From the sequence record NC_070958.1: a stretch of 64,000 bases of DNA. The stretch is one strand, 5' to 3'. The notes below the pieces were generated by a model that saw only the letters and a program-made list of their open reading frames with translations, did not search any database and had not been told where the DNA came from. This document shows, one piece after another, positions 8,807 through 19,169 of this stretch. A program made the translations under genes and the position numbers. Position 1 is the stretch's first letter. Every line of letters begins with the position of its first letter.

Positions 8807-10231
8807 ATGAATGTCGTCTATTATCTTGTCAGCACAGCTATTAAAGACAAGACGGTTGGTGTTTCGGGTGGTCATGGGTATTCCTACTCATCTCAACCCA
8901 ACGGAAACACCAGAAAGTTGACCAAGGACACTCCATCCTCCTACGGATATTTCGTTAATGGAAGTCTGCAAAGCATTGCCGTCACTCAGGAAGGGATCTT
9001 CAATGGTCGTGGTCTTGGAGCACCAACACCACACGAAGCGTTCCTTTCTCACTTTGTAGCGCTGGTAGAACATCTGAAAGATAAAGAAGTCGAGAAGCTC
9101 CTGATCATACACAACTGTCCTAATGGACAGAAACTGTTGAAAGCAGCAACCCTGACCGAAAAGTTTCGTAACAACGAACTGGTTCTGAGAGCACGGGAAA
9201 AGTTCAAAGAGCTGGGTGATCGTGTCATCCTTGATGACGAGTATTACGTTAAAGGTGGCGAAGGTGCCAAGCAAGCCCATAAACAATTGGACTTCGCAAA
9301 GGCCCTGGTAGAAGTCGGGCAACTCCAGATGGATGTCATTGATGAAATGACACCTAAAGAGTTTAAGAACCCCGAGAATGACTTCAACAAGATAGTGACC
9401 GCATCCCGCTGGTATTTCAATACCGGTGATCGTTCGACGCATTACAACGTTGATGATAAAGGTTACTTGGAGTATAACTTTGGTCGTCCCGAGCCAGCCA
9501 AGCATTATTACGGCAAGGCCACCCCGGACACCATGTACTCCAGCTTGTTCACCAAGAAACCAATTACGGTTCTGGATAAACTGTACGACTTCTGTAAGGA
9601 ACGTAAACCGAATCCATATAACCTGCTTGCAGCAGCGAATGTGGACATGGTCAAGTCCAAGGAGATTAGTCGGATTATCGACATCCTCCCTGGTACCGTG
9701 CAACGTAACAGTTTGGTAGCTCCAATGGAGATAGGTGGGAAGGAAGATCCCATCTTGGTCGATTTTATCGATCCTCCTGGCCTGTCATACCGTATCGTTG
9801 ATTTCCATGAAAAGCTTCGGTACTACCACACCTTCTTCCAGATGCGAGATGAAAATAATGTTCATGGCAAATCAGCCTTTGTGGACATTACCAATCTTTT
9901 CTATCTTACTGATGAAAAGGGTAAAGTAAAAATCCATCCTGGGTTCACCAACAACACAATCACCATTCCCATTCCTGTGGAATGTCCTGGTTGTGTTAAA
10001 CCGGTGACTATTAACTTGGCGATCAAGTATGATTGTCCTGAGCGTAATGCTTTCAACAGTCTGATCAATAACAAGGTTGTTGATTTCAAGGTATGGCTTG
10101 GTTTGGACTTCTCCAATGAGTCGGGTGTTCGGTATTACACCATCATCGAGACTCCGGAGTTCAACTATATTCATTCCAACGCTTCGGCCAATCTGCGTGT
10201 GTACAACCTGAAAGAACTCGGTCGTAGTTAA
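8807..10231 (+). CDS. RNase H-fold protein (phiKZ gp155-like), apparently lacking catalytic acidic residues
   Basis: GGHGYSY, TPSSYGY, FRNNELV and GEGAKQAHKQL align in order to RNase HI elements; long C-terminal extension with SRWYF and YYGK. Confidence 0.7.
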   Translation: MNVVYYLVSTAIKDKTVGVSGGHGYSYSSQPNGNTRKLTKDTPSSYGYFVNGSLQSIAVTQEGIFNGRGLGAPTPHEAFLSHFVALVEHLKDKEVEKLLIIHNCPNGQKLLKAATLTEKFRNNELVLRAREKFKELGDRVILDDEYYVKGGEGAKQAHKQLDFAKALVEVGQLQMDVIDEMTPKEFKNPENDFNKIVTASRWYFNTGDRSTHYNVDDKGYLEYNFGRPEPAKHYYGKATPDTMYSSLFTKKPITVLDKLYDFCKERKPNPYNLLAAANVDMVKSKEISRIIDILPGTVQRNSLVAPMEIGGKEDPILVDFIDPPGLSYRIVDFHEKLRYYHTFFQMRDENNVHGKSAFVDITNLFYLTDEKGKVKIHPGFTNNTITIPIPVECPGCVKPVTINLAIKYDCPERNAFNSLINNKVVDFKVWLGLDFSNESGVRYYTIIETPEFNYIHSNASANLRVYNLKELGRS

Positions 10232-10247
10232 GAACGTAATTAAAGTA

Positions 10248-10279
10248 ACCCTCACCTCCCTTGACGGGGAGGTGAGGGT
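10248..10279. terminator. Bidirectional terminator between convergent genes
   Basis: ACCCTCACCTCCC-TTGACG-GGGAGGTGAGGGT. Confidence 0.85.
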
Positions 10280-10293
10280 CTTTATCTTATTTG

Positions 10294-11241
10294 TTATTTT
10301 TCAGAGGGGTCAAAACCCATGAAGGCTTCTAAATCTGCGATTTCGATCATATCAATCGGCCTGAAAGCCTTTGCCACATCACCACCGGCTTCACAGAGAC
10401 GGAAGATGAGTTTGTTACAGCTATCGATCGCCCGGCCCAGTTCGTTGTTCATCTTGGTCAGGAAGTTGGTCACCTTGTTGGCGTGACGTTGTTCCATTTC
10501 CGTACCAGTTGCCAGCATCTTGTTGTAGATCTCAGCGAACTTGGTGTTCTCTGCAACAGATTTGGATTGGAGGTTACGATAGGCACCGCGCAGTCCTTGA
10601 ACCAACGATGCCAGGTTATAAGCTTCTGCTGTGGTTTTTACGACACCGCTGAAGTTACCATCTTTACGACGCTCGATCATGGAATCGACTTTGTCGTAAG
10701 CCGCCTGGATTGCTTTGAACTCCGCTTCGAAGGTGGGGCACTTCTCACCGATGGTTTCGGCTGACTTGCAAACGTCATTGATCATGCCGTTCTTGTTAGT
10801 GACGTACTTGTCACTCAAACCCTTCAAGGTTGCAGGAAGAGGCTTGGCCAGCAGGATATCGAGTTCTTTGGCTTTGGTCTCGGCCTTAGCTTTGACTTCA
10901 TCGGACGCCGTCTTGATTTCGCTCTCTACTGCTTTGGAGACCTTGTTGGTATCGGCCACAGCTTTGGTAACAGCTTGATCTTGACCACGACCTTTGGAAC
11001 CAAAGAAGAAGTCCTTGACCATCTTCAGAAAGTTCATTACCATTTCGTAGAACTTCTTACCAGCACCAACGATCGCAGTACCGAGACCTTCATTCCCTGC
11101 AATGTCTTCGAGTCCATTGAGACGGAGACAGGTATGAAGGTATTCACCATCAGGACCTTCCAGTTTGCCGGTTGTGTTCAGTTCTTCAAACCCCGCCAAC
11201 AGGGCGTCGGTATGGTCCGGCATACCAAAAGCAATATTCAT
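10294..11241 (-). CDS. Internal head / ejection protein (phiKZ gp93/gp162-like family)
   Basis: Start MNIAF at 11241 with RBS AAGGAG; acidic propeptide with AGFE and AGNE protease motifs, then amphipathic KFYEMVMNFLKMVKDFFFG; helical remainder. Confidence 0.7.
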   Translation of the reverse strand: MNIAFGMPDHTDALLAGFEELNTTGKLEGPDGEYLHTCLRLNGLEDIAGNEGLGTAIVGAGKKFYEMVMNFLKMVKDFFFGSKGRGQDQAVTKAVADTNKVSKAVESEIKTASDEVKAKAETKAKELDILLAKPLPATLKGLSDKYVTNKNGMINDVCKSAETIGEKCPTFEAEFKAIQAAYDKVDSMIERRKDGNFSGVVKTTAEAYNLASLVQGLRGAYRNLQSKSVAENTKFAEIYNKMLATGTEMEQRHANKVTNFLTKMNNELGRAIDSCNKLIFRLCEAGGDVAKAFRPIDMIEIADLEAFMGFDPSEK

Positions 11242-11251
11242 GTAAAGCTCC

Positions 11252-13378
11252 TTAGAAAATATCGAGAATGTTAGCCCGCTTGAAAATAGGCATTGCACGT
11301 TTGACAGTAAGTTCCAGATCTACTTCGAGATCTTTGTCCAGTGTAGGAACATCCCAAACCATCCCAGATTCAAAACCACCGAATGCAATCGGATTCTGGT
11401 TGAGTTGTTTCAGACCAGGGATCTTACCACCGCCCATTAGTTGGTTCACCAGCTCTTCGGACCACTGCATGATATCGATGGAACGAGAGGTGATGTTTTC
11501 TTCTTTACCAGTGTCCAAGTCGAAGAGATAGACAAAGCATTCTTCATCTTGCCCACGACGATAAATCCGAGCGATGGTCTGTACCAGTTCGTAAGAACGG
11601 AACGGGGAGTTCATCAAAAGGATTTGGTTTGCCATGGTCATCTGCCTACCTTCACGCAGAGTGTTGAAGGTGGTAACGAGCGGGTTGATTTCAGGTCTGT
11701 TGGTGAACTCATTAATGATGGTGTTGATCTCATTGGTGTTCTCACCGTACAGAGGACTCGCAATCATCCCTTGTGTTTCCAGATAACTTACTACCTCGTG
11801 CACAACGTCAACGTAAGAGGTGTAGACGAGCGTCTTCTTCTTAACAGCGTTGATGTACTTGGGAAGGTCTGCGTGAGCAATGGTAAGCCTTACAGCTTCC
11901 ATACGGGCTTTACCGAGGACATTACCCAGCGCTTCACCACGGATCTTCAAATTCACATACTTGACGGCGGATTTGATGTGACGCCAGTATTTGCGTTGTT
12001 CACCGGTCATCCCCACAGTCTGTTCCATCTCTCGCTCAAACTCGTTAGCGAACTTGGAAAGCGGACCATCGGTGGAGTTGTCGAAACCCTTGGTTCTGAA
12101 CTTGTTAACGATCTCAAGATACTTGCGGAGTTTCTCGATATTGACTTTATCGTGAACCACTGCTTGTCTGTAGGCGTTAACAATGGATGTCCAGTCTTCC
12201 AGGTATTCGTCGGCCATGGATGCGTAGAAACGAACCCGATCGGTGATGAACATCGCCATTTCAGCGCGAATAGCGTCCAGAGTGAAGTTCTCTGCACCAG
12301 GGAACTTAACCTTCACGATGATAGGTTCCGGAGGACTATCCATATTCGTAATTGCAGAAATGGTGTACTTGATCCGACCCAGTCGATGCGCAAGCATCTC
12401 GTTAAGGTAGGTGTTGTCGCGACCATAGAGCTTGAGGAACTGACTGTGTACAGCTTCATCGAACATCGGGTCGATGATGTTGAAGAGCGTAAAGGTTTCT
12501 TTACCCTGTGCCTTAATCGGCGTTCCGGACATCATCAGTACATCGGAAATAAATGGGTTCTTGCAAAACGAAGCCAAACCTTTGGACTGGGAAGAAGTGT
12601 GTACGTTGTAGTTATGGGATTCATCAACAATAACTTTGGCGGGATTCCTTCCTGACTTAGTGATTGTTTTGATAGCCAGATCCCATTCACCGGTTCGGAT
12701 TTGTTCTTTGTGGATAATGAATATCTTGGCGTCCAGGTGATCCATGATATCAGTACCGTCCAAAGTGGACCAAACCTTTGGTGGGTTTTTGTACAGTTTG
12801 TTGATCTCTTCTTTCCAAGGGTTATCGACCAACCCCTTAGGAACAATAACGAAGATAGCTCCGTCACTGATCATCTCCGCCCAAACCAGAGACGTTGGGG
12901 TCTTACCACTCCCTACTGCCGCATCCAGAAGACAACCACGTAGTTTGAACCCCTCTCTGATCCCATTGTAATTATCTAAGAAATCACGCTGGTCAGGATA
13001 TGGTGTGATGGTAAATTTCTTCAGTGCTTTATTGACGTCATGGGACGGGAAAGTACGGAAAGTGCTTTCAACCCAAGTCTGAGTTTTGATCTCATCGTAG
13101 AGTTGTTTGTACTTGTGCATACCAACGTAGTAGCGGTCAACAACACGCTTGTTACTTTGGTTTGTAAGATGATGAATCAACCAGGTGAATTCGATCATAA
13201 AGAACTGGTGAATCTTAAACGACCTTGAGGAGGTCCGAGTAATCAGGCGGCTGAATATTACGCTCGTTCCGAAATTACTCGATAAATCGTGTTCGAATGC
13301 TTTTACATTTATACCACTTACGGTATAGTAGGAACCCACCTTTTCTATTTTAGGTGAGAAGTTAAAGAAACCCTGCAT
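11252..13378 (-). CDS. SF2 (SNF2/DEXH) helicase, phiKZ gp203-like
   Basis: DAAVGSGKT, VIVDESH, MSGTP, LREG and QTIARIYRRGQ motifs. Confidence 0.9.
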   Translation of the reverse strand: MQGFFNFSPKIEKVGSYYTVSGINVKAFEHDLSSNFGTSVIFSRLITRTSSRSFKIHQFFMIEFTWLIHHLTNQSNKRVVDRYYVGMHKYKQLYDEIKTQTWVESTFRTFPSHDVNKALKKFTITPYPDQRDFLDNYNGIREGFKLRGCLLDAAVGSGKTPTSLVWAEMISDGAIFVIVPKGLVDNPWKEEINKLYKNPPKVWSTLDGTDIMDHLDAKIFIIHKEQIRTGEWDLAIKTITKSGRNPAKVIVDESHNYNVHTSSQSKGLASFCKNPFISDVLMMSGTPIKAQGKETFTLFNIIDPMFDEAVHSQFLKLYGRDNTYLNEMLAHRLGRIKYTISAITNMDSPPEPIIVKVKFPGAENFTLDAIRAEMAMFITDRVRFYASMADEYLEDWTSIVNAYRQAVVHDKVNIEKLRKYLEIVNKFRTKGFDNSTDGPLSKFANEFEREMEQTVGMTGEQRKYWRHIKSAVKYVNLKIRGEALGNVLGKARMEAVRLTIAHADLPKYINAVKKKTLVYTSYVDVVHEVVSYLETQGMIASPLYGENTNEINTIINEFTNRPEINPLVTTFNTLREGRQMTMANQILLMNSPFRSYELVQTIARIYRRGQDEECFVYLFDLDTGKEENITSRSIDIMQWSEELVNQLMGGGKIPGLKQLNQNPIAFGGFESGMVWDVPTLDKDLEVDLELTVKRAMPIFKRANILDIF

Positions 13379-13393
13379 AACGGAACCTTAGTC

Positions 13394-14491
13394 ATGAAGA
13401 AATTGGAAAGTTTGAATTTTGAGAACCTGATCAACCATGTTTACGCCATGGGTTTACAGCTCGGTGAGAACATCGATTGCGCCGCTGATGATAAAGTGGT
13501 TGATGGTCATGTCATAGCATCGGTTGGTGTCCACCGTTTCGTGGTTCGTAACGACACCTGGGACACTTTCGTCAACGTGGTGAACAACGGTACAACCGAC
13601 GAGTTTTACGGAATGGTCAACTCCGTTCAAGTGGCTATTCGTTACGAGGTGATCATGGAATCACCCAACGATTACAAAGTCATTCCTGTCGTTGGCACCG
13701 AAGTGAAAGAAATTCCGAAGGCATTGGAGCAGCTCTTGCTGGAACGCACAACAGGTCTGATGAGCATCTGTGCCGGGGCAATGGGTCGGATCGCCAAACT
13801 CGTGAATATCGCTCAAGATCGAAACCAGCGTAATGGCGAACTGGTCAAAGACTTTGATGCGATGCTCACTTTCAACACTGAGCTCGGTCATGGCTTCAAG
13901 CCAGAACTCTGCTTCGACAAGATTCCGGCCATTCTTCGTGAATACGAAGGTTTCCAGATCGACCGCACTCCGTTCACTCAGGAGCTCAAGGAGCAATTCC
14001 TGACCCACGAGTACAAGCTGATCGACCGTGAGCTGGAAATCCTCCACGACGTCGTACAGGCGTTCCTGAACTCCAAAGCAGTCAAGTCTATGGTCTTGAC
14101 CGAGGAGCTCGCGATCAACGTAGTGAACAGTGCACTGATCGCACCACTGCTGGATCAGCAAATCACCTTTATTAGTTTCGGTGGAGTTGACAACTGGCGG
14201 TTGACCGGGGATCTCACTCCTAACAGTCAGAAGTGTCACGACATCATGGATGTTGAAATCGAAAGTATCATGGACATGCTTCGGACACTCCCGCTGGAAG
14301 AAGGTGTCGACTATTGGGCGATCGATACCAAGACTCTCAACGTTTACGGTCGGACCGAACTGAATGCAACCAGTGAGAAACCTCACGACATCTCGGAAGC
14401 TATTTCCCTGAGCTATTGTGATGGTCTCCTTGAACTGTTGAAAGTTCGTCTGAGCATGCACGATAACAAACACGTCATCACTATCAACTAA
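13394..14491 (+). CDS. Hypothetical protein
   Basis: 365-aa ORF with phage codon usage. Confidence 0.8.
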   Translation: MKKLESLNFENLINHVYAMGLQLGENIDCAADDKVVDGHVIASVGVHRFVVRNDTWDTFVNVVNNGTTDEFYGMVNSVQVAIRYEVIMESPNDYKVIPVVGTEVKEIPKALEQLLLERTTGLMSICAGAMGRIAKLVNIAQDRNQRNGELVKDFDAMLTFNTELGHGFKPELCFDKIPAILREYEGFQIDRTPFTQELKEQFLTHEYKLIDRELEILHDVVQAFLNSKAVKSMVLTEELAINVVNSALIAPLLDQQITFISFGGVDNWRLTGDLTPNSQKCHDIMDVEIESIMDMLRTLPLEEGVDYWAIDTKTLNVYGRTELNATSEKPHDISEAISLSYCDGLLELLKVRLSMHDNKHVITIN

Positions 14492-14497
14492 CAAACA

Positions 14498-14535
14498 AAA
14501 GACCCTAGGGCCGGTTTCCCAGCCCTAGGGTCTTT
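14498..14535. terminator. Bidirectional terminator (CCCTAGGG arms)
   Basis: AAAGACCCTAGGGC-10nt-GCCCTAGGGTCTTT between convergent genes. Confidence 0.85.
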
Positions 14536-14541
14536 ATGGTA

Positions 14542-15309
14542 TTAGTTCAACTTCGGAAGTTGGATCACGTGGTTGGTCATGATAGCAGTGAGGTTGCTCA
14601 GCTGTTCGGTAATGAAACCAACATACTGCACTGCTTGAGCCAACGTGTTCAGTGACTCATTCAAAATTTCCTGTTGGGGTTCACTGAGACTGATTTCCTG
14701 CTCCAGGATTTTCCGCTTGAGCAGATCAGCCATCCTGATTACTTCGTCTGCGCTCTTCGCCAGCATTTCGGCATCACGAGCGTTCAACTTACCGGCAACG
14801 CGGTTGAAGTTATCGAAGATATCTTTACCAATGGTCCAGTTGGGATAGAGCTCACTAACCGGACGAGTGGACGGATTCCCAACGGTGAATACCAGGTCGG
14901 TTTTGGCTTTCAGATCAAAGATCAGAGTCATTGTGTCATGATTGAACATAGCCACAGGGACTTGACCTTTAGCTGCTGCCAGTTTCAGACCACGGTAAAC
15001 CGATTCGCAACCAGTGGTAGCAATTTGCATTGCACCGATAGCTTGCAGACACAATTCCACGTATTCCTGGAAGGAACATTTCGCCGGGTTAAAAAGAACT
15101 GGCGATTGGATATGTTTGTAAGCAATATCGAAATAGTTATTTTTGTGACGGAGGGTGTTGAACAAACCACCATCTTTAATAACGTGAACCGACTTGTTGA
15201 AATTGCGAGCATTGAACTTGTCGATGCCGAGGCTCAGCTCAGAAAAGAAGGACGAAACCTTCTCGGACAGAGTCAGGGCTTCCTGACCCGCGATATTCGC
15301 GATTGACAT
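14542..15309 (-). CDS. Probable internal head protein
   Basis: 255 aa, N-terminal IAGQEAL protease-type motif, helical composition. Confidence 0.6.
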   Translation of the reverse strand: MSIANIAGQEALTLSEKVSSFFSELSLGIDKFNARNFNKSVHVIKDGGLFNTLRHKNNYFDIAYKHIQSPVLFNPAKCSFQEYVELCLQAIGAMQIATTGCESVYRGLKLAAAKGQVPVAMFNHDTMTLIFDLKAKTDLVFTVGNPSTRPVSELYPNWTIGKDIFDNFNRVAGKLNARDAEMLAKSADEVIRMADLLKRKILEQEISLSEPQQEILNESLNTLAQAVQYVGFITEQLSNLTAIMTNHVIQLPKLN

Positions 15310-15365
15310 ACTTTGGTTATCTCCAAACCGTAACGAGTTTCATAAGATAAATTAAGAGGACATAT

Positions 15366-16829
15366 ATGCTGGGTGCATTGGATTTCCTGAAAACCTATTC
15401 TGCTGAATCTGACCTCCAGATTGGGCTGAACGTTTCTCCCATTTTCGACATGCTGACAACCAGCATGATCAAAGACCATCGTGGTGTCTGGGTACAGAAC
15501 GGTGGTCTCATGCCTATCAACGCTCTGGCCGGTGGCAACAACACTCAGAAGACAGGTCGTACTGTGAAAGACACCGCGGCGTTGCTCTACCGTTTCCAAA
15601 CCGCCAAAGTGTTGTACGGTGACTCTGAATCCACTCTGGACATTTCCCGTCTGGCCGAAGAGGTTGACCGTCTGTTTGATGAAGAGGGCTATTTCGAAGA
15701 GCACATCAACAACAAGCGCTTCTTCTACATGCCGTACTCTGCCGGGATCGATGGTACCGAACTCCACCGTCGTGTCCAAGAGATCTTCACTCGTATCGAT
15801 GCGTTGTCCAAGTCCAAGGACAAGGACGAACAGGCTGCTTACGAAGGAATGTTCATCGACACTCCGTTCGTTTCTGCCAAGACCGGTAAACGGATTCGCG
15901 TCCAGGGTCCGATGTTGTTCATCATGGACTCCATCTCCGAAATTCTGTTCGACACGCTCATGTTCAAACAGTTCGATGATGGTGACATCGATGAAGGCGG
16001 GAAGAAGCGTACCCGTGACATGGAAATCGGTAACATGCGTCGCATCCTGATGACTGACGTCTGTATGCTCGGTCCGCGTGTCGGACTCCGGAGTTACTGG
16101 ATCGCTCAGTCCGCTGACGTCATGAACATCGATGGTAAGCCCAAGGAAAAAGACTCCACCTTTCTGCGTCACAACAAGAAGATCGCTGCTCCGAAAGCGA
16201 TTCTCAAACTTCCGCACATTGGTGTGGAGATCATCCGCGGTGCGGTACTGAAACAGAACGACCACTCTGTCACCTATCCCCGTGGTAAAGAGTCCCAGAT
16301 CTGTGCCAACGCCAAGAGCAATCCGGAACTGGTGGAGTACAGCACCACTGTCTTCCGTAACAAGTCTGGTCAGTCTGGCGGTGACATCAAGTTCATCGGT
16401 TCCCAGGAAGAAGGTATCCTGGAATCTCTGAGCATGTACAACTCTCTGAAAGACGAAGGGTATTTCGGACTGAATGGATCTGCCATTCGTCACAACTGTG
16501 CCCTTATCCCCGACGTGTCGCTCACCCGACCCACCGTCCGTGACATCCTGGACGAGAACAAGAAGCTCCGCCGTGCTATCGAGATCACGTGGCAACTCTG
16601 GTACATGCAGACCTTCTGGACCAACTTCCCGGCTGAATGGCGAATCGAGCCTGCCAAGCTCTATGAAATGGGTAAAGAGAAGGGTCTGGATTGGGATGAC
16701 GTCCTCGAGAACACTGTGTACTTCTGGCATGACAACCCCGAGCACATCAAAGAACACACCCTTACTGTTTACGAACTCCTCGAGATCGTAGTTAACGGTA
16801 AGAAGCCCTATTGGAAGGAAACCAAGTAA
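15366..16829 (+). CDS. uvsX: UvsX/RecA-like recombinase (phiKZ gp152-like)
   Basis: NGGLM...LAGGNNTQKT Walker A, YGDSEST, Walker B LFIMDSISE, VFRNKSGQSG. Confidence 0.88.
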   Translation: MLGALDFLKTYSAESDLQIGLNVSPIFDMLTTSMIKDHRGVWVQNGGLMPINALAGGNNTQKTGRTVKDTAALLYRFQTAKVLYGDSESTLDISRLAEEVDRLFDEEGYFEEHINNKRFFYMPYSAGIDGTELHRRVQEIFTRIDALSKSKDKDEQAAYEGMFIDTPFVSAKTGKRIRVQGPMLFIMDSISEILFDTLMFKQFDDGDIDEGGKKRTRDMEIGNMRRILMTDVCMLGPRVGLRSYWIAQSADVMNIDGKPKEKDSTFLRHNKKIAAPKAILKLPHIGVEIIRGAVLKQNDHSVTYPRGKESQICANAKSNPELVEYSTTVFRNKSGQSGGDIKFIGSQEEGILESLSMYNSLKDEGYFGLNGSAIRHNCALIPDVSLTRPTVRDILDENKKLRRAIEITWQLWYMQTFWTNFPAEWRIEPAKLYEMGKEKGLDWDDVLENTVYFWHDNPEHIKEHTLTVYELLEIVVNGKKPYWKETK

Positions 16830-17197
16830 TGACCGAACAAACCAACACCTCGATGTTTTACGACTACTCTGTGCTGGTAGTGGTGGAACCTGAGTTCGAA
16901 TCCAAGGTTAAGGATATCGAGGCGTATCGTAACAACCTGGTCAAGCATCTGACCAAACGAGCGGGAGGGACCCCGCTCCGTATTGTGACCCCGAAAGGTA
17001 AATTTGGGTTCGTGGGTTTCGAAGAGATGGAAAGCGATGATCGTAACAAAACTGCGTTCGTTCGTTCTGTTGAGGATTATTTGACCCAACTTAACGAGAT
17101 CGTGGTTGTTGCCAACTATCAGCAGCATCCCTTCTTTGACGCTCTGAGCAACAGCGCCACAGGAGCAAGCAAGACGGTCTCTTTCTACGGTTATTAA
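16829..17197 (+). CDS. Hypothetical protein
   Basis: ATG at 16829 overlaps the uvsX stop (TAATG); 122 aa. Confidence 0.75.
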   Translation: MTEQTNTSMFYDYSVLVVVEPEFESKVKDIEAYRNNLVKHLTKRAGGTPLRIVTPKGKFGFVGFEEMESDDRNKTAFVRSVEDYLTQLNEIVVVANYQQHPFFDALSNSATGASKTVSFYGY

Positions 17198-17206
17198 GGA
17201 ACCCTC

Positions 17207-17887
17207 ATGCTTAAAAACAGAAAAGAGATTCAGAACGACATCCTTTTCTTGGCAAAGCGCATAACTCCCGGTGGTGGCAATCACCGGATTTATACCGCTC
17301 TGTTTGAAGAGATGTCCGATGATCAGTTCAAACTGTTCTGGAATGGTATCCATGATTCCGGTTTCATTCCTTTTATCGTTGACAACTACGATAACAAGGA
17401 AATGATCGATTATGACGGTATCGCCAAGCTCGCTAAGGAACTCAACATTCCATTGGAGCAGCGTATCATTATGACCGATCCTGATACCGGGCTGGAACAC
17501 ACCACTCCTGAAACCTATCTGGTTGGTATTGCCGAAACCCGTAAACAACGCCAACTCCAGGCTAAGAAGTTTGGTGCATCCAAACATGACCACGATATCG
17601 AAGACTTGACTGGTCAACCTACTGGTGACTCTAAAGCCGGTGGTATCTCTAACCCCGAAATTCAGGTTCTGCTTTCGCTTGGTCTGAAGACTATGGCTAA
17701 AGAACTCGCTGACGTTCGTGGTGGTGATATTGGGGCTTACCAAGCTTACAAGAACGACATCATCTCTGGTGGTGAAACAACTGTTCAATCTACCCTGGAA
17801 CGGGGAACTGGTGTTAAGTCCTTGAGGACGGCTCACTGGATGCTTCGTGGTCGACTGCTCGATAACAACCTGCACCGGAGGGACTGA
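17207..17887 (+). CDS. Virion RNA polymerase beta subunit, C-terminal part (phiKZ gp149-like)
   Basis: DLTGQPTGDSKAGGISNPEIQVLLSLG...ELADVRGGD aligns to bacterial RpoB TQQPLGG...GEMEVWAL...EMLTVKSDD. Confidence 0.9.
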   Translation: MLKNRKEIQNDILFLAKRITPGGGNHRIYTALFEEMSDDQFKLFWNGIHDSGFIPFIVDNYDNKEMIDYDGIAKLAKELNIPLEQRIIMTDPDTGLEHTTPETYLVGIAETRKQRQLQAKKFGASKHDHDIEDLTGQPTGDSKAGGISNPEIQVLLSLGLKTMAKELADVRGGDIGAYQAYKNDIISGGETTVQSTLERGTGVKSLRTAHWMLRGRLLDNNLHRRD

Positions 17888-18390
17888 TGTGGTTTGATGA
17901 AACCGGTAAACCGGTAATGGAAGATCAGGTAGCCATGCTTATCGATGCAATCGCACTCGAAAAGATGAATGAGCTCCAGGTCAATGGTGATGTGTCTAAA
18001 TTCTGGACTGTCGTCTCTGACACGATTAACTCTTATCCGGTCGCTGCATTTATGCAGGCGTACAAAGACTTCACCTTTTATCTCCTGAACGATCCTTCGA
18101 TGTGTAAAGAGCTTTTCGACTATACAACTTGTCTGGTTGTTCAGCTCCGTACGAAGCCTTACTACACGAAGGCGGTTGAAAGCAGTCTCTCTGTACTGAC
18201 CCAGATCAAGAATCACGATGCGTTTGCTGACGTACTCGATGAAAACGTCCAGGGTCTGGATGTGATTGCAGAGTTGTTGATGTTCATCCGACTCAACCAT
18301 CGTGTGATCGAACGTCGCCTCATCGAGATGGCGGGTGGCCAGGTGAAACTCCCTCGACCTTCATCGAAACAGGATGGAGGTGAAAGATGA
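17887..18390 (+). CDS. Hypothetical protein
   Basis: 167 aa, TGATG translational coupling. Confidence 0.75.
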   Translation: MWFDETGKPVMEDQVAMLIDAIALEKMNELQVNGDVSKFWTVVSDTINSYPVAAFMQAYKDFTFYLLNDPSMCKELFDYTTCLVVQLRTKPYYTKAVESSLSVLTQIKNHDAFADVLDENVQGLDVIAELLMFIRLNHRVIERRLIEMAGGQVKLPRPSSKQDGGER

Positions 18391-19115
18391 TCTCCATCTA
18401 CACCGAGTTAGGGTCGTTGTTCGATGAACGAAGAATGATCCTATGTAAACTTGCTCGTGAAACTGTCGGATTTAAATTCGACTGGGTTCGTAATTTTCAG
18501 CAAGTGTATCAAGAACGTCTCTACGATGTTTTTGAGTATCCCGAATTCGGGATTACCGATGAACGTTATAAAGAACGGTTTGAGCGTAGAAGTAAGGAAG
18601 ATTTCGCGGATCGCCTCGAGAACTTCCTTTACCCGTCGAAGGTATGTCGGGATATGTTCAATATCGTCCGAGAGTATGAATTCGGTGTGGGTAAGCTCCT
18701 CTCTGTTTCCAAGTTCACTGTGACTGTCAACACATGGCCATATGAACTGAACGACGAGGAGCAAGCAGAATTGATTGGTGCGATCAAGGGAACTGTTAGT
18801 TGGAGTTTCGACGTCAACTTGGTTCACCTTCCTCCCCAACAACTCATCCCGCACTTCCTTCATGGTTTCGATTACGTGTTCAAATACGACTACATGCTTT
18901 CACCCCACATGGGTAAGTATTGGGAGTTGTACGAGACCTCACTTCCTAGCAGAACCAAAATCGTGGTTCCTGGAGTGTTCAAAGGTAAAGTGACCCTTAC
19001 AGATGGAATGGAAGCGGATTCGCCGAAAGACCTCATCTTTAAGTTAAGTGCATACCAGGGCGGTAAGGTTACCTGGATACCGTGCGATAAAAGCATTTAT
19101 GACTCATACTCATAA
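18387..19115 (+). CDS. Conserved hypothetical protein (phiKZ gp147-like; degenerate HAD-like N-terminus)
   Basis: 242 aa, ATGA overlap; IYTELGSLFDERR resembles the family N-terminus from memory. Confidence 0.55.
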   Translation: MISIYTELGSLFDERRMILCKLARETVGFKFDWVRNFQQVYQERLYDVFEYPEFGITDERYKERFERRSKEDFADRLENFLYPSKVCRDMFNIVREYEFGVGKLLSVSKFTVTVNTWPYELNDEEQAELIGAIKGTVSWSFDVNLVHLPPQQLIPHFLHGFDYVFKYDYMLSPHMGKYWELYETSLPSRTKIVVPGVFKGKVTLTDGMEADSPKDLIFKLSAYQGGKVTWIPCDKSIYDSYS

Positions 19116-19118
19116 ATC

Positions 19119-19148
19119 ACCTCCTAGGACCTACGGGTCCTAGGAGGT
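19119..19148. terminator. Bidirectional terminator (CCTAGG arms)
   Basis: ACCTCCTAGGACC-TACG-GGTCCTAGGAGGT. Confidence 0.85.
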
Positions 19149-19169
19149 TTACTTTATGTTTGTTCTGTA

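Noticed and set aside
11242-11298. Extended start making the internal head protein overlap the helicase
   Set aside because: ATG 11241 has a clear AAGGAG RBS; the upstream extension has none
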